From Candidatus Latescibacterota bacterium (GTDB lineage Bacteria; Latescibacterota; UBA2968; SICM01), in contig CBDCJO010000002.1 of assembly GCA_965217865.1 (NCBI GenBank), forward strand, positions 2,784,001 to 2,848,000: 64,000 nucleotides of DNA, written 5' to 3'. This document shows, piece by piece, positions 1-12,209 of this stretch. The notes under the pieces were generated by a model that did no database searches, was not told the origin of the DNA, and saw only the letters and a list, made by a program, of their open reading frames with translations. The translations under genes and the position numbers were made by a program. Numbering within the stretch: the first letter of the stretch is position 1; every line of letters begins with the position of its first letter.

Positions 1-13
1 TGACAATCGAATA
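1..13 (+). promoter_or_regulatory. boxA-like antitermination motif of the rRNA spacer (cut by the window edge)
   Basis: TGACAATCGAATA resembles the (TCTT)TGACAAnnGAATA spacer boxA, about 100 nt upstream of the 23S. Confidence 0.35.
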
Positions 14-85
14 CGGAAACTCGAGCATCATCACAAGCCGAGCGTTTTGGGATTCATACCAGAAGGCTTTTGACTGAGGTCGGAA

Positions 86-3161
<3,076 letters not shown>

Positions 3162-3210
3162 TCTCGGCCTTGGCGATGAGCCGAGTTTCCGTATTCGATT
3201 CAAATTCGAC

Positions 3211-3242
3211 AAGCAGGGGCGTGTCTCGGCGCGCCCCTGCTT
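3211..3242 (+). terminator. Strong hairpin downstream of the 23S (possible terminator or processing site)
   Basis: AAGCAGGGGCGTG-tctcgg-CGCGCCCCTGCTT; only a weak U-tail follows. Confidence 0.4.
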
Positions 3243-3308
3243 AATATTCATAAGTTGGTACGGCCGTAAAGGCGAAGACACCTCGTGATTTGCCCCAAGG
3301 ATAATTCG

Positions 3309-5717
3309 GTGAGCGATCGATTTTTCCAGCCGGTTCGAGTGATGGTGCCGATTTCTCTGGTTTTGATCCTCACCATGGGTATAACGATCCCGGTCTGGAG
3401 CGAACCATCGCCTTCCGAATCCCCCACACATCCAGGCCTCGCACTTGCCGAATCAGAACGAAAACGGTTGGGGGAGATCGAGCACTATGGCCTTATCTTG
3501 ACTCAGAAAGCGTTTCCAGGCCTTGCCTCACGAATCCGAGAGTCCGATACGGTTGGGCTGAAGCAGGTGTTCTCTCCTTCATTTCGGGGTGAAAGCCTGG
3601 AACCGGAATCCAGCCGCAACCTGATGGACCTGATCCACGTTCGCCGGTCCCTCACCGATCCGTCACGTGTCGCTCAACCGAAAACCGCGGAGGGATTCGC
3701 TCATTATCTCACTGAGTTGCGAAAGGGGTTTCAGTCCAATCCGAAGATCGGTTTCGCACTCCGAGGATTGGCACCCACAAAGAAAAATCAATACAATGGG
3801 AGCTGGAAAGGGAGTTGCCTGTTACGCTTTGCCGGACGATCGACCGACGGGGGCCCAAAGGAGACACGTCTGGAGTTGGCATTCCGTCTTTCCCGAATTC
3901 CTGAGGTAGAGAAAATAGACGAAGCCACAGGTTGGATCGCAGAACTTCGCGTCCTCGATTTTCGGGATGTGGCCGCCGCCATTCCGCTGATGGAGGAGGT
4001 GGCGAAGGAGAGAGGAATCGACCCCGTCAAGTTCTACGACAACTGGATAGCGGATCTGACAAATCGCCCGGTGAACACCGGCGGGGCCTATGTCGCGGAT
4101 TTCGACAATGATCTTCGACTCGACATCCTGATTACCGACCTGAACGGCCTGTTTTTTTACCGGAATCAACCGGACGGAAATTTCGCCGAAGTCGCGACTC
4201 CGGCCGGTTTACCCAGATCGCTTCCCCCTTACCCTACTGTGGCTTTGGGAGATTTCGACAATGACAATCACGTGGACCTGGTTCTTGGACCGATTGTCCT
4301 GAGAAACCGGGGGGAATTTCAGTTCGAAGATATCTCACGAAAGACGACCCTGGAAATGCCGGAGTTGGCCACCGGATGTACCGTGGGCGACTATGATCTG
4401 GATGGCCGACTGGACATCTACGTTTCCCGGAGCTCCGGCAGCGTTCAAAACACCTCCTGGATCGACGGACCCGGGGGCCCGGGGAACCAGTTGTGGAGAA
4501 ACCTGGGTGATTGGCGGTTCGAAGAGGTCGCGGAGAAAGTCAACGCGACCGCAGGAAACCGGTCGGTTTTTACGGCGGCCTGGCTGGACGTCAACGACGA
4601 CGGCCGGCCTGACATATACGCAATCGGCGAATTCGGTCCCGGTGTCCTGCTGGTCAATCAACCCGATGGGACGTTCAGGGAAATGCCGCTGGAGCCGGAC
4701 GACGGAGACTTCGGAACCATGGGGCTCGCGGTGGGGGATTACAACAACGACGGCCACGTGGATGTCTACACGGCGAATATGTACAGCAAAGCGGGGCGGC
4801 GCGTCATTGACAATCTCTCTCCGGCTACTTATCCTCCAGAGATCCTTGCACGGATCAAGCGTTTCATCACCGGCAGCGAGCTATATCGAAACGATGGCAA
4901 TCTCGGGTTTCACCGCGTCGGGGAGGCCATGGCCCTGAAGGATGTCGGTTGGACCTATGGTTCGACCTTTGTAGACCTGGACAACGACGGCTATCTGGAC
5001 CTTTATTCCAACGCCGGATTCTCCAGTGTCACCCGCGCCAAACCCGACGGGTGATCGTGTGTCTGGCAGGCTGTCGTGTCACAGCCGTTCAACCGTGCGG
5101 CGATCGTTCCGCCGCCACGAACACCCGACCAACGGATCGGGGAGTTCTGGGTGGCGAACCCCTGGTTTGTCAGCGGCAGCGGATACAACCTGAGCGGTTA
5201 CGAACGGAATCGTGTCTATCTCAACAACGAAGGGAAGGACTTCGACGACATATCGGCCTTGACGACTGCCGATAGTGACGGCGACGGGAGGGCTGTTGTG
5301 GCCGGGGACTTCAACGGCGACGGTATGGAAGACCTGCTCGTTCGGCAGGCAGGCGGGGGGCCCCTCCTCTTGTTCGAAAACCGATTTCCGAAGAAACACT
5401 GGCTCAAGGTTTCCTTGCGCGGAACCAGGAGCAACTCGAAGGGAATCGGGTCCCACCTGGAGGCGAAGGTCGCCGGGCGCCGCATCGTTAGAGAATTGTA
5501 CCCCGTTAACGGATTCATGGCCCAGAGCCCTGCTTATGCACACTTCGGCCTGGGGGATGAGACAAAAGTAGACGAACTCACGGTCCGGTGGCCTTCCGGA
5601 CTCGTTGAGCACATCAAGGACGTGAAGGCCGACCAGCACCTTGTGTTGACCGAGGGGACCGGGGGTAAATCCCGCGCCCTCCTTTATTCTAAACGCGTAT
5701 CTGAACAATTGAAATAA
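3309..5717 (+). CDS. Exported FG-GAP repeat / ASPIC-UnbV (CRTAC1-like) protein with an in-frame TGA at 5052-5054, candidate selenoprotein (about 802 aa)
   Basis: ORFs 3285-5054 and 5076-5717 share one frame and are separated only by TGA-SCVWQAV. N-terminal hydrophobic signal, many DxDNDGxxD FG-GAP repeats, C-terminal ASPIC/UnbV domain (HWLKVSLRG..SNSKGIG..HFGLG..VRWPSG). Start GTG 3309 chosen from the upstream AAGGA. Confidence 0.8.
5053..5105 (+). promoter_or_regulatory. Bacterial SECIS-like hairpin
   Basis: Perfect stem GGCTGT(5069-5074)/ACAGCC(5081-5086) with loop CGTGTC (G at loop position 2, followed by U), starting 21 nt after the UGA; possible lower stem GATCGT/GCGATC (5053-5058/5100-5105). 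Confidence 0.6.
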
Positions 5718-5835
<118 letters not shown>

Positions 5836-5841
5836 TTAATT

Positions 5842-5883
5842 TAGAAGCCCGAATCTCAATCCGAGATTCGGGCTTCTATTATT
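5842..5883 (+). terminator. Intrinsic terminator after the 5S
   Basis: TAGAAGCCCGAATCTC-aatcc-GAGATTCGGGCTTCTA followed by TTATT. Confidence 0.8.
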
Positions 5884-5943
5884 CTAACTCAACAGGCACC
5901 TACAAACCATAGTGGATTGTTTCGAAAAGCCCCGTCCTGGGCC

Positions 5944-6034
5944 CCCTTCGACTCCACTTCGTTCCGCTCAGGGCAAGGGCTTCGACAAGCTCAGGATAAA
6001 CTCCGCAGAGCGTTAGCTCTGCGGAGTCGAAGGA
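5944..6034. repeat. REP-like palindrome cluster (CTTCGAC..GCTCAGG family)
   Basis: CCTTCGACTCC..CCGCTCAGGG, CTTCGACAAGCTCAGGA and the hairpin ACTCCGCAGAGC/GCTCTGCGGAGT-CGAAGG; related copies at about 10414-10458 and 25973-25992. Confidence 0.7.
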
Positions 6035-6131
6035 GATCCTACTATTCTCAGATCCTGAACCATTGCTTTTGGGCGCGACTTGGTTTCATTGCATTTCCAT
6101 CTTTTGCATTTTGCATTTTCCATTTCCAGCA

Positions 6132-7821
6132 CTACGCCATACTTCCTCCCGGAAGTCGAATATCTTGAATGATTCTCTGCACGTGGGCCGGGGGCTCACT
6201 CGTGAATCTGCTGACGATAAAGGCAACTGAAAAGTTCAACACCATCCCGACGGTCCCGATGCCTTCCGGGCTGATTCCAAATAACCATCGATCTGCACCT
6301 GCAGTGGGATCGACAAAACGAAAATAGATGATATAAAAACCCGTAAACAGGATCCCGCTGAGCATGCCGGCGATCGCCCCCTCCTTGGTGGTCCTTGTGC
6401 TGAAGATTCCCATGATGATGATGGGAAAGAAACTGCTCGCGGCCAGACCGAATGCGAAAGCGACCACCTGAGCGACGAATCCGGGTGGATATATCCCGAG
6501 AAGACCGGCGATGCCCACGGAAAAAGCCGCGGTAACGCGGGCATAAATCAGTTCGCGTTTTTCACTCATGTCCGGGTTGAGAACGCGTTTGAAAAGATCG
6601 TGGGATATGGCCGAGGAGATGACCAGGAGAAGCCCGGCAGCCGTGGAGAGCGCCGCAGCCAGCCCACCGGCCGCAACCAGTGCGACCACCCAGGCAGGCA
6701 GCCTGGCAATCTCTGGATTTGCCAGGACCATAATATCTCGATCGACAAATAGCTCGTTTTTTGTGCGATCGCCGCTGTAGTTGATAATCCCGTCGCCGTC
6801 CCGGTCCTCGAATTTGATCAAACCCGTCTTCTCCCAGTTTTTGAACCATTCCGGCGCATCCAGATAGGCCTTCTCGTGAAGGGTTTGGATCATGTTGACA
6901 CGGGCGAATGTCGGGAGCTGTCGTATAAAGAACTCCGATGCAGAGCAACGCCCAAAAGGCGCTGTAGCGGGCGGCCTTCACGCTCGGCACGGTATAAAAT
7001 CGAATGATCACGTGGGGAAGTCCGGCGGTGCCGACCATCAACGCCATGGCGATTGCAAATACGTCGAGCATCCCTTTTTTGCCCGACACGAAGGCTGCCG
7101 TGTATTCCGGAAGACCGAGGTCCCGATGGATGGCATCGATGGTTTCAAGGAGGTACATCCCGGCGTTTTCACCCTCTATGATCCGTGAACCTAACCCGAG
7201 CTGTGGGATCGGGTTCCCCGTCATCTTATAGGAAATCGCCACAGCCGGAATGAGATACGCCAGGATCAGGACAAGAAATTGGGCAACCTGGGTATAGGTG
7301 ATCCCCTTCATCCCGCCCAGGGTCGCATAGATGAGAACGACCGCCATGCCGATCATTACGCCCGTGTTGATATCCACTTCCAGGAAACGCGAAAAAACAA
7401 CACCCACCCCTCTCATCTGTCCGGCGCAGTAGGTGAAAGAGACAAAGATGGCGCAAAAGACCGCCACCAACCGGGCGGCGTTGGAGTAGTAACGATCTCC
7501 GACGAAATCCGGCACCGTGAACTTCCCAAACTTGCGAAGATAGGGGGCCAGCAGCAGGGCCAGGAGGACATAGCCCCCCGTCCAACCGATCAGGTAGACG
7601 GCTCCGGTATACCCCATAAAGGAGATGAGGCCGGCCATGGAGATAAAAGAGGCGGCGCTCATCCAGTCCGCGCCGGTGGCCATACCGTTGATCGCCGCGG
7701 GGATGCCCCGGCCTGCGATGTAAAATCCGGAGGTGGACTTCACCCGCGTGAATATCGCAATGCCGATGTAAAGGGTGAAAGTTAGGCCTACAATAAGGTA
7801 GGTCCAGGACAGGATGGTCAC
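6132..7821 (-). pseudogene. actP: Sodium:solute symporter (ActP-like cation/acetate symporter), frameshifted
   Basis: NGMATGADWMSAASFISMAG, GGMKGITYTQVAQ and GTAGLPHVIIRF motifs; the frame changes near 6905-6915 (YTTAP|TFARVNM), implying a short deletion. Confidence 0.85.
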
Positions 7822-8093
7822 GGCTTCTGCTCCCTCTGAACGTCGAAGCGCTGGTCGATCTTATCCATCCATTTCGCATAGATCAGAATGAGGAGAATAA
7901 ACACATAGATGGCGCCCTGCTGTGCGAACCAGAATCCGACCGGGAAGCCGCCCACGTGGAACGCGTTCAGGGGCTCAACGACCAGGATGCTCAGGACACA
8001 TCCCGCGAAAAACCATACGGCCAACAACAAAAAAACAACGCGAAGGTTAGCCTTCCAATATCCTTTCGGGTCGGGCGAGTTCTTAGAGGTCAA
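7818..8093 (-). CDS. DUF4212 small membrane partner of the SSS symporter
   Basis: YWKANL..LLAVWF..GFPVGFWFAQQGAI motif; overlaps the symporter start by 4 nt. Confidence 0.9.
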   Translation of the reverse strand: MTSKNSPDPKGYWKANLRVVFLLLAVWFFAGCVLSILVVEPLNAFHVGGFPVGFWFAQQGAIYVFILLILIYAKWMDKIDQRFDVQREQKP

Positions 8094-8245
8094 TTTACCT
8101 CCCCTGTATAGTCAGTGATAGTGGCGTGTTACAGACTCAACCTTGAATTTGGTACCGCTTCGATCGAAGAATGTCCGTTCTAACGTCCTCATCCCATGTA
8201 TCTACTAAAAAAGGCCGTATCTCGATGAATCGTAACCGGGTGGGG

Positions 8246-8390
8246 GTAGGAGCCAGCTCCTGCTGGCGATCGGGGATGGATTTCGCCGCCAGGAGGCGGC
8301 TCCTACCACAAATTTTTTTACAAAATCAATGATCTTCCCCTCTCCCGGCACCCGGGAGAGGGGTGCCGAGCTTGCGAGGCGGGGTGAGGG
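8246..8390. repeat. GTAG-type REP doublet plus DUF559-type palindrome
   Basis: GTAGGAGCCAGCTCCTGCTGGCGA (8246-8269) and inverted TCGCCGCCAGGAGGCGGCTCCTAC (8283-8306); CCCCTCTCCCGG/CCGGGAGAGGGG..GGGGTGAGGG. Confidence 0.7.
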
Positions 8391-8498
8391 AGCGCAACGG
8401 CGTTCCAAAAAGTGTGCAATGCAAAAGAAAATGTTGCACGGAAAAGCGACAATTCAAGATCTGAGAATACAGTGTGATTCGGAACAGGCCGCTACGCC

Positions 8499-8721
8499 TC
8501 AGATGGAACAGGACCCCACTCCTCTGGGGTCTCCGCACGTCCCACAGGGTCCGGGGGGTTCTCCCGTTGCGGATGCACCGTCACCGCCCACCGCGAACAC
8601 GGAGAATTTTTTTTTCAAGGTTTTCTCCCCCGCAGGATGGACACTTCGGGGTTGATGAATTGAAAACGATCGTCTCGAACGGGTTGTTGCATTTCCGGCA
8701 TACGAATTCGAAGATGGGCAT
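8499..8721 (-). CDS. FmdB-family zinc-ribbon protein (apparent +1 frameshift in an A9 run)
   Basis: Manual translation [33 protein letters not shown]|[16 protein letters not shown]; removing one base from the run at 8607-8615 restores the frame. Confidence 0.85.
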
Positions 8722-8967
8722 ATCGCTTCCCCTGAAGTTTTCAACCGGGTTGAAATCCAGGCCCAGGCTTTCAGATGGATCCGTTTAATTGCTTCCGAGA
8801 CAACGAGGTTCGAAAAAACGCAGGTGGTATTATATCTTGATCGTCCCCCGGTGTCAAGCGAAATTCCCGGAGGTCCGTATGAATAAAAGGCTTAGAAAGA
8901 GCTTGAGGCGATACGTCCGGATGGGTAGATTATAGATTTTCCTCCAGATTCGCCATTAGGGATCACT

Positions 8968-10218
8968 ATGGGAAACAAACACAACCCTCCGTTCCGGGGC
9001 ACACTTGCTCCGCTGGCCATACGGGATTTTCGTCGACTTCTGATCGGCAACGCCCTCTGGTGGCAGGCCATTGCGATTGACCACATCCTCATCGGATGGC
9101 TCGTCCTGGAGTTGACCGACTCCGCCTGGAAAGTCGCGCTGGTGGGATTCTATCGCTCCCTTCCGCTTTTGATCTTCGGGTTTATTTCAAGTCTGGCGGC
9201 GGACCGCTTCGGCCGAAAATCCGTCATTCTCTGCTCACAGGCCCTGAATATCTTCGTCTTTTCCGGCTTCATCCTGCTGCTCTGGTCGGGTCATCTCACC
9301 TTCTGGCATATCGCCGTCGGAGAATTCCTGGTCGGTGTGGGATGGGCGCACGAATGGCCGGCGCGTCGGGCGATCATACCCGATCTGGTGGGCAGGACAG
9401 GGACCCTAGACGGCCTGGTTGTTGAAAATGTCACGTCAAACGTCTCTAAAGTCCTCGGACCGATGATAGGAGGAATCCTGATCGCAGCCTTCGGTATGCT
9501 CGGATGTCTTGTGTTCACGATGGGAATCTTTGTGGCGGGGTTTTTCGTGATGTTGAGCCTCTCAGCCGGTTCGAAAAGGCCTGGAGGGAGGATCGGATCC
9601 CACTGGAAAAAATTTACAGAGGGCATGGCATTCATCCGAGGCAATCAGCCGATCATGGGCGTCATTTTGATCACCCTTCTTATGAACCTTTTCATCTTTC
9701 CCTACATGCCCCTCCTCCCCGTCTTCGCCCGCGACATCCTGGGTCAGGGACCCGTCGGACTGGGGGTGCTGGGCGGGGCCGCCGGGATCGGCACCTTTTT
9801 CGGTCTCCTCCTGGTCACCTGGCTAAAACGGTTCCGGCGGAACGGTTGGGTCTACGTGGGGGGGTGTCTGTTGAAATCCGCGGCGATATTAGCCTTTGCC
9901 GCATCCACGTCCTATCCCCTCTCCGTGGCGCTCCTGATCATCTCCGGGGTCGGACAGGCCGCGTTCGGGGTGATGCAAACCGCCATTATTCTGGTCTCTT
10001 CGACCGATGAGATGCGGGATCGTGCGATGGGCATGAATGTCATGGCCATCGGCGCAGCGCCGATAGGAAGGCTTCAGATCGGGGCCATGGCCGGGGCCTG
10101 GGGCGCACCCGGGGCGGTCGCGATCAGCGGAGTAGCCGGGCTTCTGAGCATCTCGTTCATTGCGGCCCTTCTTCCCGGACTTCGGGCGAAAGACGATTCC
10201 CTTCGGCAACAACCCTGA
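8968..10218 (+). CDS. MFS transporter
   Basis: About 12 TM helices; ADRFGRK and MRDRAMG loop motifs; RDFRRLLIG N-terminus. Confidence 0.9.
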   Translation: MGNKHNPPFRGTLAPLAIRDFRRLLIGNALWWQAIAIDHILIGWLVLELTDSAWKVALVGFYRSLPLLIFGFISSLAADRFGRKSVILCSQALNIFVFSGFILLLWSGHLTFWHIAVGEFLVGVGWAHEWPARRAIIPDLVGRTGTLDGLVVENVTSNVSKVLGPMIGGILIAAFGMLGCLVFTMGIFVAGFFVMLSLSAGSKRPGGRIGSHWKKFTEGMAFIRGNQPIMGVILITLLMNLFIFPYMPLLPVFARDILGQGPVGLGVLGGAAGIGTFFGLLLVTWLKRFRRNGWVYVGGCLLKSAAILAFAASTSYPLSVALLIISGVGQAAFGVMQTAIILVSSTDEMRDRAMGMNVMAIGAAPIGRLQIGAMAGAWGAPGAVAISGVAGLLSISFIAALLPGLRAKDDSLRQQP

Positions 10219-10282
10219 CCGGATGTAAAGCCCGCCGATGACCAAATAAAAACAGCCCGTCGCATCTTCGCAACGGACTGTT
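10164..10282 (+). repeat. Direct repeat copy 1 (MFS 3' end plus terminator hairpin)
   Basis: 52 nt (10164-10215) identical to 11292-11343, then a near-identical AATAAAAACAGCCCGTCGCA..GACTGTT. Confidence 0.9.
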
Positions 10283-10507
10283 CAATTGTTCATCTTCCAG
10301 AAAATTCCAACTTTACTTCAAAAGCAGCATCAGGACTTCCCTAAAGGGAAGGGGGATAAGTCATTATTTTAGCTAAACTTCAAATCATCTGATCTCCCCT
10401 CTCCCTAATGAACATCCTGAGCGGAGTTCCGCGTTTTTTGCGGAACGCAGTCGAAGGACCGGGGGAGGGGTCCTATGCAGCGCATCCCCGTGCGACCTGC
10501 TACAGGT

Positions 10508-11212
10508 TTAACTTCCGAAGGCCGTCGCGAAGATAAAGAAATCCCCGAAGAAGATGTGACCATCGCCGTCCAGGTCGAAGGCCGAATTGTAGCCCGGATC
10601 CCCCGGCATTGTGTTGAACGCCAGGGCGAACAGGAAAAAGTCGTCGAAGTCCACGTCATCGTCCCCGTCGAAGCTCCCTTCCGGCGCAGCCGTTCCGATC
10701 TGTTCCGCACTGATGACCACATCGATGGGCGATACGATAAGCTCAATTTTATCGGGGGTCTGAATGCTCAAACTCGTCAAGGAGAGGACGGCCTCTCCCG
10801 CGAAGTCTGCCCCGGCCGTGAAGGTAAAGGTGCACAGGCGTCCGTTCACATCCGTTGGCGTCGGGGGAAGGGTCGAACCCCCGCCCGTGATGGCCCCATC
10901 CCCAACCTGCGCAGGCAGCGAAATGAAGGTCCCCTGTACGAGGCCTCCGTCCGAAAAAGTCGCGCCCTCGAGCAGGGCCTCGGGGTACTCCACCGTGGCC
11001 GTATAACCCGTCACACTGGCGACATCTTTCACGAAAACCTGAAGGGTGATCTCGTCCTCGGCCACTACATTGTAAAGCAGTCCCAGATCCTGATTGTCGT
11101 CCGCCGCGTCGAGGTCAAGCTTCACCACGGCCGACTCGTCCGGGGGTGCGATGACCCGGAGTGTCTTCGTGACCGACGTCGTCCTATAAAGGTGAATCCG
11201 GATGCATGTCAA
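10508..11212 (-). pseudogene. 5'-truncated surface protein fragment: cohesin-like beta-sandwich plus dockerin-like/EF-hand C-terminal tag
   Basis: VTGYTATVEY..GRLCTFTF; FDGDDDVDFDDFFLFALAF..FDLDGDGHIFFGDFFIFATAFG; no signal peptide or convincing start. Confidence 0.65.
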
Positions 11213-11291
11213 GAGAAATTTCTGTTCGGATGGGAGGGGAGGCGATCAAGCTTCGCGCAAGCCCATCGCCGCCCTTTCAGTTAAAAAAAGA

Positions 11292-11412
11292 GGCCCTTCT
11301 TCCCGGACTTCGGGCGAAAGACGATTCCCTTCGGCAACAACCCAGACCAGGTTTAACCCCCCAGGAAGTGATCCAATAAAAACAGCCCGTCGCAGTTTCG
11401 CAACAGACTGTT
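11292..11412 (+). repeat. Direct repeat copy 2
   Basis: Matches 10164-10282. Confidence 0.9.
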
Positions 11413-11469
11413 ATCTACCGCTATGCTTAATGTGTTCCTAACAGCCTTGTCTTGGCCCGGCGTTGCACC

Positions 11470-11982
11470 TTAAAACAGCTCGATCTGCCCCTTCTCCAAA
11501 CCCAGAAGCGCGCGCTTCCACGCGATCCCGCCTCCAAAACCCGTCAAAGCGCCATCCCTTCCTATCACCCGGTGACAGGGAATGACGATCGGAAAGGGAT
11601 TCATCCCCAGGGCGTTACCCACGGCCCTGGCCCCTTTGCGCCGTCCCAGTTCTGAAGCGATCTGACCGTAGAACCGCGTCTGGCCATACGGGATGGCCGA
11701 GGTCTCCCGCCATACCGCCCTCTGGAAGTCGGAGTATTCGCGTATGTCGGGTTCGGTCGAGAACCCCCCAGGTTTGCCCGAAAAGTAGCGCTTCAGGTCT
11801 CTGATCATGGACCGGGCATCCCCGTTCGGAGGTCCTCCGTTCAGGATCTCAATCCCCTCGGTGGAAGCGTCTCTTCCGTATCCCCCAAACTTGATCGCCT
11901 TCAAGGACTCCTCTTCATATACCAGGGTCAACCGTCCGAACCGGGTCCTGAGGACCACGTTTATGTTCCGATAAGTCGACAT
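11470..11982 (-). CDS. ogt: Methylated-DNA--protein-cysteine methyltransferase
   Basis: FQRAVW..IPYGQTRFY..ARAVGNALGMNP..IPCHRVI active site. Confidence 0.95.
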   Translation of the reverse strand: MSTYRNINVVLRTRFGRLTLVYEEESLKAIKFGGYGRDASTEGIEILNGGPPNGDARSMIRDLKRYFSGKPGGFSTEPDIREYSDFQRAVWRETSAIPYGQTRFYGQIASELGRRKGARAVGNALGMNPFPIVIPCHRVIGRDGALTGFGGGIAWKRALLGLEKGQIELF

Positions 11983-12209
11983 CGAATCCTGAAAATCTGG
12001 GAGCACTTAGCCTCAGCACAGCCGTTGAGAAAAGACGGGGAAGAGCAACCGTGGCGGGTTCGTAATCGGGAGGGAGACCGTTACCCTGGTGCCCCTGTCA
12101 GGTGAGGGGTTCAGGATCCAGGTTGGGGACCGCAAGGCCGGGATAGAGGGGCCTGATCAGGAAGAAAACCGGTAGATCTTAAGCCTGAAACACTGAGACG
12201 TGGAACGCT

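Noticed and set aside
3255-3290. Possible 5' fragment of a second 5S (..GAAGACACCTC..)
   Set aside because: Only about 7 nt match and there is no 5S structure.
5646-5678. Internal promoter for the 5S (TTGACC..TAAATC)
   Set aside because: The spacer is only 14 nt and the -10 is poor; unsupported.
12010-12200. 6S RNA-like intergenic region
   Set aside because: No long closing stem is evident. The minus strand encodes PSPDRGTRVTVSLP, which looks more like an HATPase C-terminal relic.
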